DNA of 63,368 bases, counting the filler, from Collodictyon triciliatum (Eukaryota): NCBI GenBank assembly GCA_043381765.1. It is 8 parts of 8 records of this genome, joined end to end, with 100 filler letters (N's around TTAATTAATTAA, not from the genome) between each part and the next. Parts side by side here need not be neighbours in the genome. Positions count along the whole stretch, not along the records: positions 46,892 to 56,156 come from JBHJMP010003101.1; positions 56,257 to 60,351 come from JBHJMP010003106.1; positions 60,452 to 63,368 come from JBHJMP010003150.1; 5 more parts are not named here. One strand, given 5' to 3'. Within the stretch, counting starts at the first letter, position 1; every line of letters starts with the position of its first letter. Below, in pieces: positions 53,048-63,368 of this stretch. The position numbers and the translations under genes are program-made. The notes under the pieces were generated by a model. It made no database searches. It saw nothing but the letters and a program-made list of their open reading frames with translations, and had not been told where the DNA came from.

Positions 53048-54568
53048 CTAAGAGCAGCCCTGCAATATGCGCTCTTTGGCCTCCCGCTTGAGCTTCTTAG
53101 CATACTGCAGGCCGCACGCGTTGCACAGGCTGGCAATTGAACAGTTGTGGGGATGATGAACTCGAGTTAGATTGCACTTTACTAGGATTCAAGAAGAAAA
53201 AATCACATTGAATTGGTAGCCAAAGAGACCATACGTCTTTGCTCCCTTCGGCCCGCGGCGCCACTCGGGGGTCTCTGTGGCTCGGCACTCGAGACAAACA
53301 AGGTCAGAGCCGCTCGTGCGACGTCCACGGTGCCGCTGCATATGGATGTCTCCGTCGTTAGTATGGACTCTTCCATTAACGCCAGAGGCGGTCTTTGAAG
53401 TTAAAGATGGTCTCTATTGTGGAAGCTGCTCACCTTTCTCACATCCTTGGTCATCAGATACTCCATGTTGCCATTTGCTTTTGTGTGTGCGACAAGCTTG
53501 TAGTCCAGGAACGCAGACTGCGACTCGTCCTGCGGGATGACGCTGGCGGCTGCGATAATGGGCTTTTCTGTCGATGCGGCCACACAAGGGGTCAGGACGT
53601 TATTGCGGCCTGATATGCCGGCCGTACTTGTGCGGTCCTGTTCATATATCAAAGGCACAGCCGGTATCATATAAGCGGGAAAGTAGCCAGCCGGCCCAGC
53701 AAGCGTCCTGTATCCCTGACTCTCAAGCTGGGATGGATGGTGCGGTATCTGCGGCGCCGCATATGTGGTGGGGAAGAAGTGTCCGTATGGCATCGGCTGT
53801 GCAAGAGTTTCTGCCCACTTAGGGGCTGCAAGCATGTGTGCAGTGGGGATATCGCGTGATTCCTCAGATTCAGTCTCGGTCTCTGTCGAAGTCCCAGCAG
53901 ACGGCGGAGGATGTGTTTGGGCCTGAGTCTCTGTGTGCTGGGGCGCGGGTGCGGTGACCAAAGGCGTGTGTGTGGCAGGTGCAGGGTAAGTCGGTTTTGT
54001 GGGCTGCTGTTCGAACTGCAATGGGTGTGCGTGGCCCAGTGACGAGTCTGCACCTGCTGGATTGATTGCGACATGGAGTGCGGAGCTGAGCTCCAGGACA
54101 GTCATATATGCCTTGATGCTGTCTGGTCGGCTGAGTCGGCCGTTTTTGATCTTGTCCACATGGCGGCAGAGCTGATCGGCAAAGTCTTTGACCTGTTAGC
54201 GTGTGAGGTTAGATTGGCTCCAAAGCATTTGAGCGTCGCTCGTCCCGCAGTAGAAAGATATGAACTTCCCTGATCAACAGGAAACGCGAAGGGGTTTTTT
54301 TTTTTTTGTTCGATGAATGCAAGGGGTAGTCCAAGAAAAATAATGTGCGCAAAGGAAAGCAGAGTCGCTCAAAGAGCATACGGATATAGGGGAAAAAAGA
54401 AGAAAAGGGAAAATGTAGGCCGAGTTCCTGTATTCTTACTCGGCTCCAGTCTCGATCAACCAGTGAGGTTGCGCTTGAGCTTCCAACAGACGACTTGGCC
54501 AGAGGCTGCTTCGTGAGAACGTAGGATGTCTGCGCTTGCTGATACGACCTAACAAAGGAAATATCCAT
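53048..54568 (-). CDS. GATA zinc-finger transcription factor (CX2C-X18-CX2C); 4 exons
   Basis: MDISF...DWSR|VKDFADQLCRH...MTKD|TASG...CLECRATETPEWRRGPKGAKT|LCNACGLQYAKKLKRE...CS*. Confidence 0.9.
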
Positions 54569-56256
54569 GGGAATGCGGCGACTGCTTCTTGTCTTGCTTG
54601 TTTGATTCGCCTAAGGCTATTCAGGAGTCAGTGGAGGACTTGGATGCACCAGTTATCGACTTTGCCTAACGTTAGATTCTACAAAAAGACAAGGAATGTT
54701 TTGGTGCGGCGAAGTGGGGCACCAAGTTCTCTTGGACACCTTTGGCTTTGAGCAGAATTGGTATGGTGGGTTCGCGGCCGCGTGGCAGATCGCTCGAGGC
54801 AAACAGCAACAGACACACACGAGTGAGTCACACTTAGAAATTCTCTGGGAGTGGTGTGATTAGACCGCCAGGGTGTGGGGCAGTGTGCGTGATTGATAGA
54901 AACACCCGGCCAGTTTATATATTTATATCGGCTTCTGGGTCTGGGTGAGTAGGGTGAAAAGTGTGATAGAGTCAGAGAATGGCCGCTTGTTGGTGTTGGT
55001 CTGCCGTCTTTTCTTTTGAACAGGCGAACTATCTGGCGCACCGTTTGTTGGGCAACCAAAGTGAATTACTGGGTGATTGAAACGTGCCAGTGGAAAATCC
55101 ATTATGATTCCCAAGAGTTCATGTTAGATTCGCCAAAGAATTTCCCATCGGTTTAGAAGAGCCGAAATGCAAATCTCATACATTTTCCGTGACGGATATT
55201 GGTTTTTCTCCGTGGGGAAATGAATGATTTTAGGAAGAATAAAATTGACAAAAAAAATCGCTAATCAGATGCGGTAATGATCGATTTGCCTATATTTAGG
55301 TCTCATACATTGAATTGACATGATAATGTTCCCAAAGAGAGAATTTAGTGTCTTTCTGGAAAATCGATTCGTTATGAAGTTGTTTATTGACATCGTAAAT
55401 AACTTCGTAATCATATCCTGTGGTCAATTTCTCAAATTCCAGGAATAGATATACGTTTATGAATATCCGTATTTAGTTGTGTCTTTGTTTTGAGCGCTTC
55501 ATCATTTTAGGAATGCTTCGTAAGACTCTAAAATATATGATAATCAGTAATATATAAGATAGTTTTCTCGTATATCTTATTAATATTCAGTAAATGATTC
55601 ATATTATAGTATATATCATAATTTCCAGAATCTTTTATTCAGATGTGGGTTATATAATATTTTACTTAATTTAGTATTAATGATGCTTTAATTTGCTTAT
55701 AAAGCTTGTATATATCTCTCATAGTACAAATAATATATACTTATATTAGTGGGATCGAAAAAGCACACCACAATGACAGTTCAAACAACAAAACGCACAA
55801 CCGAGTTGCACAAGCAAGTCAACAACCCGCCACTACTTGCTTGCCGCATTCCAAACCCGCGAGTCTCGGTGGCCAACGAGAGAACCTTCCATTCAACTCC
55901 AACCAGACACAAGTCTGCCACAATGCCATCACGCACACTCGCCATGAATAGCCGTTCTCATACCAGCTAGCAACAACAACCTCGGGAGAAACAAAACACA
56001 CAAACCATTTACCCACACATGCAGGTCAGTTTTGTGGACGGGATACCCCGAAGAAAACCACAAAGTAAAAAAAAAAAAAAAAAAAAAAAAGGAGAAAAAA
56101 AGAAGAAAAAAAGGGGAGAGGGAAATTTTTTTTGCGGGGGGATTGAGACCAGGCGGNNNNNNNNNNNNNNNNNNNNNNNNNNNNNNNNNNNNNNNNNNNN
56201 TTAATTAATTAANNNNNNNNNNNNNNNNNNNNNNNNNNNNNNNNNNNNNNNNNNNN

Positions 56257-56770
56257 GTGCACCATGTGCCATAGTGGAGATGACTCTATCGAACACACAT
56301 TTGTGAAGTGCTCCCTTGCTCAAAAAGTGACAGAGTCTACCCACAAGATGCTCTCTGAACTTGATTATGCTCCCAACCGACTAACCACGTCTGACATCCT
56401 GTTTGGCGCACAATACCAAATGACCCACGACTCTAGAATATTCTGGACAGTCACAAGGGGACATATGCTGTGTTTATTATGGAGTGTGCGTGCATTCTCT
56501 CGCTCTAATGATTCACCCGAACGAGAAATCAATATATCCATGTTGAAAGCCTCGTGCAATACAGCTTCTTGAACTGCTTGCTGAAATACGACCGCATTCT
56601 CGATACTCTGACCCCAAATGAAGAGAGACGTGGGAATGTGTCGTGCGATATCTCCCACAGCATATCCAACCCCTGCTACCCACGCAACCAATCAACCAGC
56701 TGAGCCACACGCCTGACCAACTCGCTATCACCGATTTCTTTCCAGTGCTATCCTCTCCACAGTAACGTCG
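56257..56770 (+). mobile_element. Degenerate 3' end of non-LTR retrotransposon ORF2 (zf-RVT, L1/Tx1-like)
   Basis: CTMCHSGDDSIEHTFVKC (CCHC finger), ...DILFG...LLWSVR pattern typical of the LINE ORF2 C-terminus. Intronless, interrupted by stop 56570-56572. Confidence 0.7.
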
Positions 56771-57618
56771 CCTACTCGCGTTTGCTCTCTACCATGGGCA
56801 CTTTTCAGGTCTTACAATGTGGAAGTTTTGAAAATACAATGAAATGTGTAACGTAGCTCCTGTGATAAATTTATATATCATAAGTATGCCGAATCAATCA
56901 TATGAGGCTGAAAACAAGGTAAACAGACGTCCTGCTCAGGTCAAGTATGCGTGCCAGAGGACTGGTGCTTGACGAGCAATCCTACTCGATAAAAGAAAGA
57001 GCATATGCAAAAGTATGAATTTATCGGTCGATTATGGATGGGGTATAAGTTGAAAGGAAGAATATTGTTTCGATAATCTCTTTGCTAATTTGTTAACGCG
57101 CAAAGAAAAATGCATCACAATCCAAACATCACGGCTACAAATGAATGGAATGGTGTTGTGGCATATTACCAATAAAACTATCAATGCTAGGAAAGGTATA
57201 AGAAAGCATACGACATGAAAGGCAAAGGGAAGGAAGAGGTTTATTCGAGAAGTGAGAGATTACCAGGCACTAGGCATAGGTATGGACACGTTGTATTTGT
57301 TTGTTGATATACCGCATTTCGATCTTTGAGAGTCTCGCATATACTCGCAACCTCAGCTTCAGCTTTCACACTGAACCAAATGCCTATGCGAGTGTGTTAT
57401 TGTGCTGTGATGCACATGGGCTATGTGTTTGCGATGAAAGCAACAACAGGAAAAGAAGTAAAAAAATAAAAAAAACGATGAAAGCAAAAAAATATTTCTG
57501 GGATGATACCAAAAGCGTATGTCGACATATGAGAGAGGCGCACCCACTGTGTGTGCGCTGTGTGCGCTGTGCCGGTGTATATACGTGCATGGGAACAGAG
57601 GAGAGACATCAAAAGTTG

Positions 57619-57731
57619 TTTAAACCGATCAAGTAGCTAACACTACCTAATCAAAGAGGTATGCTAAGCTCCGTGATGCGATGCCGCAAGGTGTTGCTTT
57701 TTGCCCTTTTCTCATCCTATATCTCTGCCAT
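57619..57731 (+). ncRNA. Candidate spliced-leader (SL) RNA gene, copy 1
   Basis: Near-identical to 60239-60351 (minus). Donor AG|GTATG at 57658/57659 lies in the 3' arm of stem TACCT..AGGTA, followed by hairpin GCGATGCC-GCAA-GGTGTTGC and Sm-like GCTTTTTG. No coding potential. Confidence 0.45.
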
Positions 57732-58747
57732 TCACCTTGTTATTTTTTCGCCCCTTCACTCTCCATCGCCTTCGTCATCCTCTTCCACACGTTTTCCTCT
57801 TTCTCCTCCTCTTACACTACAGTAGCAATCTATATTCAAATACATAAAGTTTTGAAACTTCATTCTCGAATAACCCCACTTTTTACTGCTGCAATATTTT
57901 TCTTTTCACACACACCCTTCAATAAGACATCTACCCAATTCGGTGCTCCTGTCAATCACAGCTCCATTCTTGCATCACTCCTCACCCTCCACTTCAATCG
58001 GACCTTTACCCTTAGATTCATCTCAATCCTAATATCTCCCTCCACTTCTTGCTCACAAACTTAAGCTTGTAGTCGCCAAAGGATGGTATCATCCCAATGT
58101 ACGTTCAGCTTTTTATGGCACTTCCTTCTGCTCATTGGATATTGCTGTATTCACAAATCTCTCATTCTTCCTTCTCCATACTGTGGCTTCCAAGCACTCA
58201 CAATAGCATGTCACCTTCGTCCTTTGGCATCCACAACATATTTACCGACTCTTTGTCGGTGTTGTTTGGATGTTGTGTTGCAATGCTGGATAGATAGGGT
58301 GTATCTTTGACCAGGCGATGCAGCGCCACCGAAGTATTTTATGTGTTGAGTTGGTGGCTATCTTGAGCGTTTTAACCTCGCCCGCTTCATGGCACATCAC
58401 ATAACCAAAGCGTGCGAGCTGCCATCTTGTGAGCACCGAGCGAGGGTCAACCTTTTGTGATTGAGACATGATTGCAAGGCTCTTCCGAAGCGAGAGTCAT
58501 ATAACCAAACCGTCTTAACGCCAAGATGCAATACAGCGGCAAAGCAATCGCCCACCAGAGAGAAGATGCGGAGCAATACGAACTTGTCTTACATAGCCAT
58601 GCTGCGTGTGTGTGTGTGTGTGTGTGGTGGTGGAGGTGGTGGTGGTGGTGGTGGTGGTGGTGGTGTCGATGACTTCGGATATCCATCAAACATTCTTGAT
58701 GGGCGGTAGTCGATTTTGGTTGCTATTTACTTGATGTTTAAAATGCT

Positions 58748-58940
58748 GGGCGGTGGGCAGATTTTGGAAGTACTGCAATACCGAATCCACCCGTGACCGA
58801 GGGTCTGGCAAGCCAAACTCCTGCAGTCGCCCTGCAAAAATAAGTTTAATATCGTTGGCTCCGTGTGGGAGCCATATCAGATATTAAGCTGATAAGAACA
58901 GATACTACACTTGATCTTAGCCAAAAGGCCGAGAAGATAT
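58748..58940 (-). ncRNA. U2: U2 spliceosomal snRNA
   Basis: ATATCTTCTCGGCCTTTTGGCTAAGATCAAGTGTAGTATCTGTTCTTATCAGCTTAATATCTGATA, branch-pairing GTAGTA, Sm site ATTTTTG, stem IV loop TATTGCAGTA. Confidence 0.97.
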
Positions 58941-60238
58941 CATCTGATTCCAGAACAAGAAAATCTTCGGTGTCCCAACCATGTCACTATACTATGTCCG
59001 CGCATCACTCTCTGCTGATGGGCCTGGTGTCAACTCGTCATATGCGGACATTCTAACTCAATCTTTTCTTTACACATTCCCACACCCAAACACATCAACC
59101 AATCTCATCACTCATACAGCTTGCTATCTCATTCAAACACAGTCAGCATAGCTTCACAATCTATTGGATTGTTATATCACACACATCAGCATGGTACATG
59201 AGGTACACATACAGCTATGACACGCTCAGCCTGCAAGCATATGGCGGCGCTACGCTAAATTCCACATCTAGATACACAACAAACGAAAGACCTTGCAACT
59301 TCGGCATCATCCGCATCAGAGGCTGTTGATAGTCAAGCAGTTGTATGCATCGCGTACTACATATCTTCGGTGCCTATGTCCCATATAATAAATGCAGTCA
59401 CGGATTTATATAAATCGAGACATCGAAGGGACAAAAAATTAATGATAGCACACGTACGCTCGCCAAAATGAAAGATGGAGAAAAGTTATGTCACACACTT
59501 TGGATGGTTGAGCCTACGGTAAATACGATAAATAGATGGATTGGAGCGCTTAAACAAGAAAGATTGCCATACCAGGTCTCGGGTGCAGTGTTGCGTTTAT
59601 CAGAGCACCATGAATGAGTAAAAAGTATCATCATAATTTGCTGCCACACAAGAAGATATGACCTTAAAGAATACCGAGATTGCGAGACAGGATGTCATAT
59701 GCTGCAGAGCTTTTGAAGGGAGAGACTAATTGTGGGACTTGATGATATCAAAAGAAATGGAGCGGATGACTATAAGCTACAAGAAAGTAGTGAGACATAG
59801 CGGATATTAGCGAGAAAGCGAGAGCGGAGCTGTAAATGGAGAGCATCTTTTGTATGTGTCAGTCGAGGAACATCAATGTCAATGCATCGGATGATGAATA
59901 TACTAGCCAATGTACATTACATACCACTGAAGCATGGGAACGTGGTTGCGATAAGGTTATCTAGATAACATGAGCATTAAGGAAAGCATGATTTGTAACA
60001 GGGAAGCAGGAAGCGACGGATGGGCAAACGAATACACAATGGAAGGCAGGTCGGGACGTGATGATTTATGGGCTAATACTTATGGAAGGGAGGCAGGGAA
60101 ATACAAGAAAGAATTACTGCGATCTTTGAGTTGAAAAGGAACGAGGGAAGAAGAGAAAAGGTAAAAGGTTAGAGGAAGTAAGCGGCGGGGATGACGAAGG
60201 GGATGGAGAGTGAAGGGGCAGAAAAAAGAACAAGGTCG

Positions 60239-60351
60239 ATGGCAGAGATATAGGATGAGAAAAGGGCAAAAAGCAACACCTTGCGGCATCGCATCACGGA
60301 GCTTAGCATACCTCTTTGATTAGGTAGTGTGAGCTACTTGATCGGTTTAAA
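60239..60351 (-). ncRNA. Candidate SL RNA gene, copy 2 (ends at contig break)
   Basis: One substitution against copy 1 over about 113 nt, in a hairpin loop. Looser similarity continues about 50 nt further 3'. Confidence 0.45.
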
Positions 60352-60595
60352 NNNNNNNNNNNNNNNNNNNNNNNNNNNNNNNNNNNNNNNNNNNNTTAAT
60401 TAATTAANNNNNNNNNNNNNNNNNNNNNNNNNNNNNNNNNNNNNNNNNNNNCCCATTTGAGAAGCTCAAGCTAAAAGCCAAGATTCGGGAGACCACCATT
60501 AAAAAAAAAAAAAAAAGGGGGGGGGGGGGGGGGATCGGACACTATTACATAACGATGGCAGTTGAATATTATCATAGAATGCTTTCTATAAATAC

Positions 60596-61376
60596 CTGCT
60601 TCGCAATTTCGATTGGGTCATGACCGTTTGGATCGCCATCTGGAAACCCATCATCAGACTCTAGCCCGTGCGGAGGAGCATCAGCGATAATAACACAAAT
60701 CTAATTATCAATTTATTTTTTTTAGGATAATGCATCTTTGTTAATATATTGAGGTTTTCACCGGGGTAGTCCATCGTTATGCTATGAGTAATTGTATGAT
60801 CCAAGTCTAGGATGATGGAGCAAAGAGAAAGTGAAGAAAAGGGATCTGCAAATAAAGTGGGAAGGAGAATAACCTTCACAGAAGACTTTCTGAAGGAAAG
60901 TCCGAGAACTGCGTGCATTGCTGCTGTAACTGCCTCAGGTCCATCGCCTCCACCCTGGGCTGACATGGTATCCACGTTTCTATCGAGTGAATTAATAAGT
61001 CTCAAGGGCATTGAGCGCTTGTGCTCACGAAGGGAAATCCATGAAGGGTATCTGCTATTCTAGAAGCAGTATGAAAAATCTTGTAGCCTTACTTTTTCAT
61101 GGTCCCGACTGAGGGAGTGAAATCAAAGACCTTAGTCACATAAGTGGAATCTTGGGGTGGGTGATCTCTATGTTTATTGCGTGAGTCAACTTCAAAAACT
61201 GCAGATAAAGAGTATACCCAAATGAAGGGGGGTTCGAGTAAAAATAAAAGGTTGCTCTGAGCAGCTCTAACCTGTAGCAAACGAGGGCGTAGCGGACATC
61301 TCTCTGTTCCGTGGCCATGATATCTTCTGAAATCTTTTTGATGTTTTGCTGGGCTGAATGGATGTATGAACCCATA
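60596..61376 (-). CDS. VWA-domain protein (VwkA / alpha-kinase-associated type); partial, ends lost in gaps
   Basis: SMGSYIHSAQQNI...YALVCYR|DHPPQDSTYVTKVFDFT...|NVDTMSAQGGGDGPEAV...LSFRKSSVK|ICVIIADAPPHGLESDDGFPDGDPNGHDP. Confidence 0.85.
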
Positions 61377-62559
61377 CTACGCATCGAGAATTGTTAAATG
61401 GGTTTTCAACGGAGGTTCCAGGAACAAAAANNNNNNNNNNNNNNNNNNNNNNNNNNNNNNNNNNNNNNNNNNNNNNNNNNNNNNNNNNNNNNNNNNNNNN
61501 NNNNNNNNNNNNNNNNNNNNNNNNNNNNNNNNNNNNNNNNNNNNNNNNNNNNNNNNNNNNNNNNNNNNNNNNNNNNNNNNNNNNNNNNNNNNNNNNNNNN
61601 NNNNNNNNNNNNNNNNNNNNNNNNNNNNNNNNNNNNNNNNNNNNNNNNNNNNNNNNNNNNNNNNNNNNNNNNNNNNNNNNNNNNNNNNNNNNNNNNNNNN
61701 NNNNNNNNNNNNNNNNNNNNNNNNNNNNNNNNNNNNNNNNNNNNNNNNNNNNNNNNNNNNNNNNNNNNNNNNNNNNNNNNNNNNNNNNNNNNNNNNNNNN
61801 NNNNNNNNNNNNNNNNNNNNNNNNNNNNNNNNNNNNNNNNNNNNNNNNNNNNNNNNNNNNNNNNNNNNNNNNNNNNNNNNNNNNNNNNNNNNNNNNNNNN
61901 NNNNNNNNNNNNNNNNNNNNNNNNNNNNNNNNNNNNNNNNNNNNNNNNNNNNNNNNNNNNNNNNNNNNNNNNNNNNNNNNNNNNNNNNNNNNNNNNNNNN
62001 NNNNNNNNNNNNNNNNNNNNNNNNNNNNNNNNNNNNNNNNNNNNNNNNNNNNNNNNNNNNNNNNNNNNNNNNNNNNNNNNNNNNNNNNNNNNNNNNNNNN
62101 NNNNNNNNNNNNNNNNNNNNNNNNNNNNNNNNNNNNNNNNNNNNNNNNNNNAAGTAATATATACTATTTTCCATAAATATTTTGTTTCTTTGAATTGTAT
62201 GCCCGGAAAGCTGACACATCCGCCAAAACCTGATTCATCCGCACATCAAGCCAAGCCGCTGGTTTGTCGGGATCGTTGGACAGCAGCTGGTGCGGCAAAA
62301 GCCGTAGTGAGGCAGGAAAGGCCCTCCGCTAACCCGGCCGTCTCGGCCCAAATACCTGTCGAATCCATAGGAATTCATTCACACGAAAGTACAATGCTGG
62401 GTTGAGACTGTTGAGATAATCTAACAAGACTGCCCCGTCTATTTTCAAAAGAAATGACAATAACAACAAAACATCATTTTTTTTTTTTACTAAATAGAAT
62501 GCAGATAAAGATGGAAACTGTGCCGATACCTACTTAGTATTTCTTTTTTTATAAAAAGG

Positions 62560-63196
62560 ATGACCCAAAACCAGTCCATCGAACGCAGCAACTTCTTGCT
62601 GCAGCAGACAATGCCAAAGTCTGTTGGAGAGCTCGCAGACAGCAGCAAAAAGCTTTTTGAGATTGCAAATTATTGGCAACAATCGTTCACGCCCGAGCCT
62701 GACAAAGCCCGTGTGACCGAACAAACGCGCTCGTACGCACTCAATTCTCTCCAGACCATAGTCGACCAAATCAACTCGTTGGCTGAGCAGTTTACCGAGT
62801 TTGTTGTCTTGCAGACAGATCAAGTCGATCGTATCGAGCTTCAGACCAAAGCAGCGCAAACAGTAATTTTAGTCATCATTTCAATATCACCGCTTCATAC
62901 TCCATGGTCTATGAGCCAGTCTATGGCCCTTATTCATGTCGACCCAAAGCATGAAGCTGGAAAAAAAAGCAGCAACATTAAACTGTCGCCTTGGCAGTCT
63001 CAATTTGTGTTTTAGACTATTATAATCATTTGATGAGTTTTCGCCCTTTTGAGAAACTGACGTACTAACCAAGATCCCTACTGTATCCTCAAGAGATTCT
63101 TTGCGGCTCGGGACTACGCAGGGATCAAGATCCATCGGTCACTTCACGATGTTCAAGATGAACTGGAATCAAAGCCCAAGCAGCGCACATTGGAAG
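62560..63196 (+). CDS. ABI: Abl-interactor (ABI, WAVE/SCAR complex subunit); 3' end outside window
   Basis: LLQQTMP...ELADSSKKLFEIANYW...DKARVTEQTRSYALNSLQTIVDQINSLA...LQTDQVDRIE parallels the ABI N-terminal WAVE-binding region. Confidence 0.8.
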
Positions 63197-63368
63197 GTTT
63201 TTTTTTTTTAGGATCCACTTCAGAGAACGACCTCAAGAGTTTTTTTTTGCTCTAAAGATTCCATAAATCGTGCGCATATGTTTTTTTTTTTTTTTTTTTT
63301 TTTTTTTTTGATTTTTTTTTTTTTTTTGGTTTTTTTGTTTTTTTTTTTTTTTTTTTTTTTTTTTCTTT

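Noticed and set aside
57681-60289. Duplicated ORF start MPQGVAFCPFLILYLCH (57681+, 60289-)
   Set aside because: By-product of the duplicated non-coding repeat. The frames diverge by indel soon after.

Overview
Intron-rich eukaryotic (protist-like, flagellated, mitochondriate) genomic DNA in the standard genetic code. It is not one locus. Eight unplaced contigs (six of about 9.3 kb, one of about 4.1 kb, and a last one cut by the window end) are joined by artificial N-TTAATTAATTAA-N linkers, so adjacency across linkers means nothing. Spliced genes reconstructed by eye: SDR16C-type dehydrogenase, an ARM-like unknown protein, BROMI/TBC1D32-like, CPLANE1-like, a bacterial-type rhodanese, GPR107-like, AK8-like tandem adenylate kinase, eIF4B/4H-like, mitoribosomal mL59, transaldolase, a pseudokinase with a coiled coil, WWE-BRCT, a secreted LRR protein with one LRR per 69-nt exon, a CNBD K+ channel, a GATA factor, a VwkA-type VWA protein and ABI. 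The most interesting signals are: (1) a short contig with a U2 snRNA gene flanked by two inverted, near-identical copies of a ~110-nt sequence built like a spliced-leader (SL) RNA gene, together with splice-acceptor-like signals just before many start codons, suggesting possible SL trans-splicing; (2) a family of tiny (~42 nt + polyA) retroposed elements with target-site duplications, one of which duplicated a splice acceptor; (3) a modular single-LRR exon array; (4) weak GC-AG introns. All family assignments come from my recall of motifs, not from database searches.
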